64,000 nt of DNA from Leucoraja ocellata. Taxonomy: Eukaryota. A model generated the notes under the pieces. The model made no database searches. It was not told the DNA's origin and saw only the letters and a program-made list of their open reading frames with translations. Where the stretch lies: contig JAWMAR010000558.1 in assembly GCA_036785375.1 (NCBI GenBank), positions 806,001 to 870,000 of the forward strand, in the 5' to 3' direction. Shown here piece by piece: positions 63,346 to 64,000 of the stretch (position 1 is the stretch's first letter; each line of letters starts with the position of its first letter). The position numbers and the translations under genes are program-made.

Positions 63346-64000
63346 TAAGAGAGTGGACCAAGGTCAGGGCACAAAGGCTGAAGGTGACCATGCGAGGAGA
63401 GGGACAACGGTTCACTGAACGATGCAGATGGGGGCGACGGCTGAAAGCCCTGCAGCAGACTGGGCCTCGCCTGGAATGGGCGCCGTTCCAGAAGACCAAG
63501 CATGCATACTAGACTGGACTTTAATAATGGTGCCAAAACCTGGTGACTCTTGCATACAGTCTCAGTGGACTATTTCTATGCTCTTTATACTATGGGCGAT
63601 TGTGTTTAGGTATGGCAATAGTTTACTGAACGGTACACACAGTTAGCTCCAAGGCTCGCCATGTAGAAAACATCAGCCTTGCAAATAAGCACTTTATTCT
63701 GAGCTCTGTCATGGAACTTCCCTGAAGAAATGTAATACCCACATTGGTTCCTGAAACCTTTGGCCCATGACCATTTGAAGTTGAATAGATTAATTCAGGA
63801 TGTTATTGAGAACTGCGGCCACACAAAGCAAGCATACAGCACCCTGTAGAAGGAGCAGACCACTTGCTAAAGACTCATCAAACTGTTCCCTTGGACACCA
63901 CCTCCCCCAATCTGTGGAAGAGTCTGTTGTTCTCAAAATGGCCTCATAGAGAAGTAATAGAAATAAAACATATTTCTGACATCTCTTCATCTGTGTTTCA

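Overview
Eukaryotic (vertebrate) genomic DNA, most likely from a cartilaginous fish (skate, ray or shark), inferred from HE1-type V-SINEs and the CR1/Penelope repeat content. The only host gene I can support is the 3' half of GABBR2 (GABA-B receptor subunit 2) on the + strand. It has six coding exons (23435-23545, 25634-25858, 26635-26817, 28350-28479, 49152-49272, 53333-53498), all with AG/GT boundaries and compatible phases, matching human exons 14-19 as I recall them. A repeat-free 3'UTR follows, probably ending near 56160. The rest is TE-dense intron and intergenic DNA: CR1 LINEs (one near full length, one young 5'-truncated copy with an open RT frame), Penelope elements with hammerhead-like cores, Rex1/Babar fragments, V-SINEs, a family of CpG-rich structured SINE-like elements, four PIF/Harbinger elements and a foldback element with an 8-bp TSD. 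Points of most interest: Asn replaces the AMPK-site serine of GABA-B2; a Penelope fragment sits against the exon 16 acceptor; a 1619-bp near-identical tandem duplication covers a CR1 5' end; and the unclassified GC-rich element family shows covarying hairpins. I found no clearly new multi-gene system. Most short ORFs in the track are spurious or TE-derived. Coordinates of old repeats are approximate.
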